Origin: an uncultured Thermococci archaeon
GTDB taxonomy: Archaea; Methanobacteriota_B; Thermococci; Thermococcales; Thermococcaceae
Reading direction: 5' to 3'
Assembly: GCA_964487115.1 (NCBI GenBank)
Contig: CAZAPD010000029.1
Span: 1 to 10,319, forward strand
DNA length: 10,319 nucleotides
In this document: positions 6,801-10,319 of the stretch, one piece after another
How the letters are laid out: every line of letters starts with the position of its first letter
Numbering within the stretch: the first letter of the stretch is position 1
Notes under the pieces: model-generated
Databases searched by the model: none
What the model was told of the DNA's origin: nothing
The model's input: the letters and a program-made list of their open reading frames with translations, nothing else
Translations under genes and position numbers: made by a program

Positions 6801-7433
6801 ATGGAAACCGAGAGGCTAAAACTTATCATCACGTTCATTCTCATCTATCTATCTTGGGATGCCTACGCACTTGCTTATCCCTTCATAGGACAGTGGAGTG
6901 TGAACACTTTACCGTATTTCCTCAGACTCCCACTCACATCATATTCTTTCGAGTACTCCCTTGTTAGCTGGACGGTATCACATCAATGCCTTCACACTCT
7001 TATGCGGCTTATTTATAACAGTAGCTTCTCAGGTTCGATGTTCCTCACCTTCCTCTGCTCCCTGCCTGATAAAGGGCTATCTAAAAGGTTAATCAGAAGA
7101 TACTTACTAATTTTTTTGATTCTAGCTGTTTCCTTTGCTTTATTCCACATTTACGCACCTCACTACGTTTACCACCTTCCCGAGAGATACATGCCCAACA
7201 ATATCTTAACACCTCCTCAGTTCGTTTTCCCTTCTCCTCATTGCGCAATAGCGTTTGTGAGCCTTCTCACAATCTGGGAAAAGAGAAATCCTTTAATGAT
7301 TTTTCTCAGGGTTTATCTGCTTCTCGTTCCAGTTTCAACGGTTCTTCTTGGGGAGCACTGGATCTGGGATGTCATAGCCGCTCTTTTCATTGCACTCTTT
7401 GCGATAAAAATTGAGATGGGACTAAGACATTAA
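6801..7433 (+). CDS. PAP2-superfamily integral membrane phosphatase/phosphotransferase (Aur1/IPC-synthase-like type)
   Basis: Hydrophobic protein with FPSPH and GEHWIWDV (PAP2 motifs 2 and 3). The track start at 6702 overlaps the rpl15e leader and promoter, so ATG 6801 (or 6795) is preferred. No SD, probably leaderless. Confidence 0.78.
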   Translation: METERLKLIITFILIYLSWDAYALAYPFIGQWSVNTLPYFLRLPLTSYSFEYSLVSWTVSHQCLHTLMRLIYNSSFSGSMFLTFLCSLPDKGLSKRLIRRYLLIFLILAVSFALFHIYAPHYVYHLPERYMPNNILTPPQFVFPSPHCAIAFVSLLTIWEKRNPLMIFLRVYLLLVPVSTVLLGEHWIWDVIAALFIALFAIKIEMGLRH

Positions 7434-7434
7434 T

Positions 7435-7513
7435 TGGAGTTTCAAAGATAACAAAAACACCATACCCTTAAATTTAAATCATTTTTGAAGTTGTTATAAA
7501 TGGTGAAACTCCA
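7435..7513. repeat. Imperfect inverted repeat spanning the PAP2-pepQ intergenic region
   Basis: TGGAGTTTCA (7435-7444) / TGAAACTCCA (7504-7513) is a perfect 10-bp match. A nested pair ATAACAA (7448-7454) / TTGTTAT (7491-7497) is also present. Confidence 0.6.
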
Positions 7514-8583
7514 TGCACCTCAATAAATTCGTCTCCCTCCTTAAAGGAAGCAACTTTGATGGGGCATTTATAAGTCCCGGAACGAATCTTTACTATCTCA
7601 CCGGGCTGAGGATACACGAGGCAGGGGAAAGATTGACCGCTCTCGTCGTGAGCGCCGACGGCGACTACCGTCTCTTGGCACCAAGCCTCTACGAAAACGT
7701 CGTCAGAGAGTTCCCTGCCACCTTCTGGCATGATGGTGAGAACCCTTATGAAAAGTTCGCCAAAATCCTAAGGGAGCTTGATCTTTTATCTGGCAGAATT
7801 TTGGTAGAGGATACAATGAGAGCAGACTGGCTGATAGGTATTCTCAAGCTTGGAGGCTTTGAACTCCATCCATTAAGTGTTCTGATGCGTGAGCTTAGAA
7901 TGAGAAAAGATGACGAGGAGATCAAACTTCTGATAAAGGCAGCAAGGGTCGTCGATGAAGTCTTCGAGGAAATCTTAAGCATGAACCTGCTCGGAATGCG
8001 TGAGAGGGATCTCGCCCTGAAAATCGAACTCCTCATAAGGGAGCGCTCCGACGGAATATCCTTCGAGCCAATAGTTGCCAGTGGCGAAAATGGAGCAAAT
8101 CCTCATCATGCACCCGGCGAGAGAAAATTAAAGAAGGGAGATTTGGTAACTCTCGATTATGGAGCTAAATACAGGGGTTACTGCTCTGACATAACAAGAA
8201 CTATTGCATTTGGGAAACCGGACGAAAAACTGGCTGAAATATATGAGGTCGTCAAGAACGCCCAAGAAAATGCTTTCAAAACCGTCCGTGCAGGTATAAA
8301 AGCAAAGGAAGTTGATAAAGCGGCAAGAGACTACATAGCGGAGGCGGGCTACGGCGAGTACTTCACTCACAGAACTGGCCATGGACTTGGCTTAGACGTC
8401 CATGAAGAACCATACATTGGACCGGATGGTGAAGTAATCCTCGAAAACGGCATGGTCTTCACGATTGAGCCGGGCATTTATGTGCCGGGCTTAGGAGGTG
8501 TTAGAATTGAAGATGATATCACAGTAATCAACGGAAAAGGAAAAAGGCTAACAAAGGCCGAGAAGGAGCTTATTCGACTTTAA
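7513..8583 (+). CDS. pepQ: Xaa-Pro dipeptidase/aminopeptidase (M24B, prolidase family)
   Basis: Creatinase-like N-domain plus the metal-ligand motifs LDYG...YCSDITRT, HRTGHGLGLDVHEEP, TIEPGIY and GVRIEDD. SD GGTGA at 7502-7506. Confidence 0.92.
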   Translation: MHLNKFVSLLKGSNFDGAFISPGTNLYYLTGLRIHEAGERLTALVVSADGDYRLLAPSLYENVVREFPATFWHDGENPYEKFAKILRELDLLSGRILVEDTMRADWLIGILKLGGFELHPLSVLMRELRMRKDDEEIKLLIKAARVVDEVFEEILSMNLLGMRERDLALKIELLIRERSDGISFEPIVASGENGANPHHAPGERKLKKGDLVTLDYGAKYRGYCSDITRTIAFGKPDEKLAEIYEVVKNAQENAFKTVRAGIKAKEVDKAARDYIAEAGYGEYFTHRTGHGLGLDVHEEPYIGPDGEVILENGMVFTIEPGIYVPGLGGVRIEDDITVINGKGKRLTKAEKELIRL

Positions 8584-10165
8584 ACTTCCTTTCCCCACCA
8601 ATGTAGGTCTCAAACACCCTTATTTCCCTCAACTCTTTTTCCCCCACCTCGAATGGGTCTCTATCCACGACTATGAAATCAGCTAACTTTCCCTCCTCCA
8701 GTGTACCGAGCTCACTCTCTTCCCCTAAAATGTAGGCCGAGCCATATGTATAAGCGTGCAGGGCCTCCTCAAGCGTCAGAACTTCATCTGGAGTGTGGTT
8801 ATATAGAGGAACTCTTTCATACTTTCCGCGGGTTACAGCTGCATAAACCGTTTCCCATGGATTCAAAGGCTCAACTGGGGAATCCGTGCTCAGGCCGAGC
8901 ACAATGCCCTTTTTCAATGCACTCTTAAATGGATACACCCACTTAGCCCTCTCCTCACCAACACGCTCTAAAACCCACCAGTCCGTTATAACGAAGTGAG
9001 GCTGAACAGCAAGAACAACGCCGAGCTTTGAAATGCGCTCAATCTGATCTTCCCTCAAAATAGAGGCATGCTCTATGCGGTGCCTCAACTTTTCGAGATG
9101 CTCATACACATCGAGGATCATGTCTATTGTAGCATCTCCTATCGCATGAACCGCAACTTGAAGACCTGCTTCATGAGCCTCCTTAACGATGGTTTCAAGC
9201 ACTTCCCTGCTTATGTTTGGATATCCCTCTGTTCGAGCATCACTGTAGGGTTTAGATAGCCAGGCGGTTCTTGCTCCAAGAGAACCATCTGCCAAGATTT
9301 TGATGCCGTTTATTTTGAGCTTTTCCTCACCAAACCCCCGTCTTATCCCCAGATTTTTGAGAGCCTGGAGGATATCCACGTTGCCATACATACCCCTCTC
9401 GCCAACTCCTCTTCGTCCGGGGTCTAAATAAGCTCTAACCCTTATTGAGAGCCTTCCTTCAGCGTTTAACTCACCCAAAGCCTTTATCGAGCTTTCCTCA
9501 ACACTCACAAAGCCCACTGTGGTAACCCCATTTGAGAGGGCAAACTTAGCGCCATCTTCAATAAAGCGCTTGTAGTCCTCTAAAGTGAGGGTCTCCTTAA
9601 ATTTCTCCCTGGCGAGCTCAAAGGCTTCTTCCTTCACAACTCCGTTTGGTTCTCCCTCCTCATCTCTCATGATACCCGGAGAATCCAAATCCAAAAGCCC
9701 CGCCATTTCCATGGCCTTTGTGTTGAGAACAGCAGCATGAAGGCAAACACGTGAGAGCATTACGGGCTTGTCTTTAACCACCTCATCCAAGTCCCAGCGC
9801 GTGGGCCACCTTTTCTCTTCAAAAAGCTCCTGGTCCCAGCCGTGGCCAAGAACCCAAGTGCCGTGTTTTTTAGCATGCTCTTTAACCTTCTCCTTAAGCT
9901 CTTCTATGCTTCTAACGCCCCTCAAATCCACCATGTTTAGAGACATGCCGAGCTCATCAAGGTGTATATGGGAATCAATAAAGCCCGGAAGAACGACCCT
10001 ACCTTGTAGATCAATGATCTCCCCACCAAGCTCTTGAGCAATTTTCTTCGCTTTTTCACTGGAACCTGCATAAAGAACTCTACCGAAAGCCACCAAAATG
10101 GCTTCAGCAGTCCTCTCGGGATTAAATGAGACGTAGATTTTCCCATTCACGAATGCCCTAATCAA
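8570..10165 (-). CDS. YtcJ-like metal-dependent amidohydrolase (amidohydrolase_3 family)
   Basis: Motifs IIDLQGRVVLPGFIDSHIH, GHGWDQ, KILADGSLGARTA, HAIGD, HRIEHAS, STDSPV and GTLEEGKLADF. SD GGGGTGA favours TTG 10165 (or GTG 10168) over the track start at 10216, which lies inside the upstream gene. Confidence 0.9.
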   Translation of the reverse strand: MIRAFVNGKIYVSFNPERTAEAILVAFGRVLYAGSSEKAKKIAQELGGEIIDLQGRVVLPGFIDSHIHLDELGMSLNMVDLRGVRSIEELKEKVKEHAKKHGTWVLGHGWDQELFEEKRWPTRWDLDEVVKDKPVMLSRVCLHAAVLNTKAMEMAGLLDLDSPGIMRDEEGEPNGVVKEEAFELAREKFKETLTLEDYKRFIEDGAKFALSNGVTTVGFVSVEESSIKALGELNAEGRLSIRVRAYLDPGRRGVGERGMYGNVDILQALKNLGIRRGFGEEKLKINGIKILADGSLGARTAWLSKPYSDARTEGYPNISREVLETIVKEAHEAGLQVAVHAIGDATIDMILDVYEHLEKLRHRIEHASILREDQIERISKLGVVLAVQPHFVITDWWVLERVGEERAKWVYPFKSALKKGIVLGLSTDSPVEPLNPWETVYAAVTRGKYERVPLYNHTPDEVLTLEEALHAYTYGSAYILGEESELGTLEEGKLADFIVVDRDPFEVGEKELREIRVFETYIGGERKFKVE

Positions 10166-10319
10166 CACCTTCACCCCTCTTCTTATCCAAAAGAAGCTCA
10201 CCATCGATACCAACATTTTCGGTAGGGTTCTCTTTTATCAGAAGGGTAACATGGGATATTCCATATACCTCCCTGATAACCTCTGTTATCCCTCTAACGA
10301 GCTCCCTCTTCTTCTCAAC
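10158..10319 (-). CDS. 4-oxalocrotonate tautomerase (DmpI-like) family protein, 3' part; start lies outside the window
   Basis: Not in the ORF track. Translation VEKKRELVRGITEVIREVYGISHVTLLIKENPTENVGIDGELLLDKKRGEGVD* matches the family pattern E.KR.L...IT.....V.I.E...ENVG..G.L. The catalytic Pro1 is outside the window. Confidence 0.8.
   Translation of the reverse strand, partial: VEKKRELVRGITEVIREVYGISHVTLLIKENPTENVGIDGELLLDKKRGEGVD

Noticed and set aside
7474..10146. Short ORFs antisense to or nested within pepQ and the amidohydrolase
   Set aside because: They overlap confident genes and show no motifs or initiation signals.
10169..10216. N-terminal extension of the amidohydrolase in the track
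   Set aside because: It lies inside the tautomerase CDS; SD position favours 10165/10168.
10285..10300. Apparent frameshift in the tautomerase gene
   Set aside because: Careful reading gives GTT AGA GGG ATA in frame; the ORF is intact.

Overview
Archaeal genomic DNA, very probably Thermococcales (GGAGGTG/GGTGA Shine-Dalgarno sites, TATA-type promoters, eL15 and Rpp30 genes, protein style typical of Thermococcus). Left, minus strand: a four-gene methionine biosynthesis operon encoding a MetB-like PLP enzyme, a MetF-like reductase with an N-terminal 4-Cys MetV-like module, and a split cobalamin-independent MetE whose second half runs off the window. Middle, minus strand: Rpp30, a DUF54 RNA-binding protein and rpl15e, with an apparently frameshifted membrane-protein gene between the last two. 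A GC-rich structured leader precedes rpl15e, and a palindromic TATA box may be shared with a divergent PAP2-family gene. Right: an Xaa-Pro peptidase converging on a YtcJ-like amidohydrolase, which is preceded by the 3' part of a 4-oxalocrotonate tautomerase-family gene. No CRISPR, tRNA, rRNA or transposase was recognised. The most unusual signals are intergenic inverted repeats whose upstream arm would pair with the RBS/start codon of metB and pepQ, and a possible non-canonical CTT start for the MetF-like gene. All calls are by eye; no searches were run.
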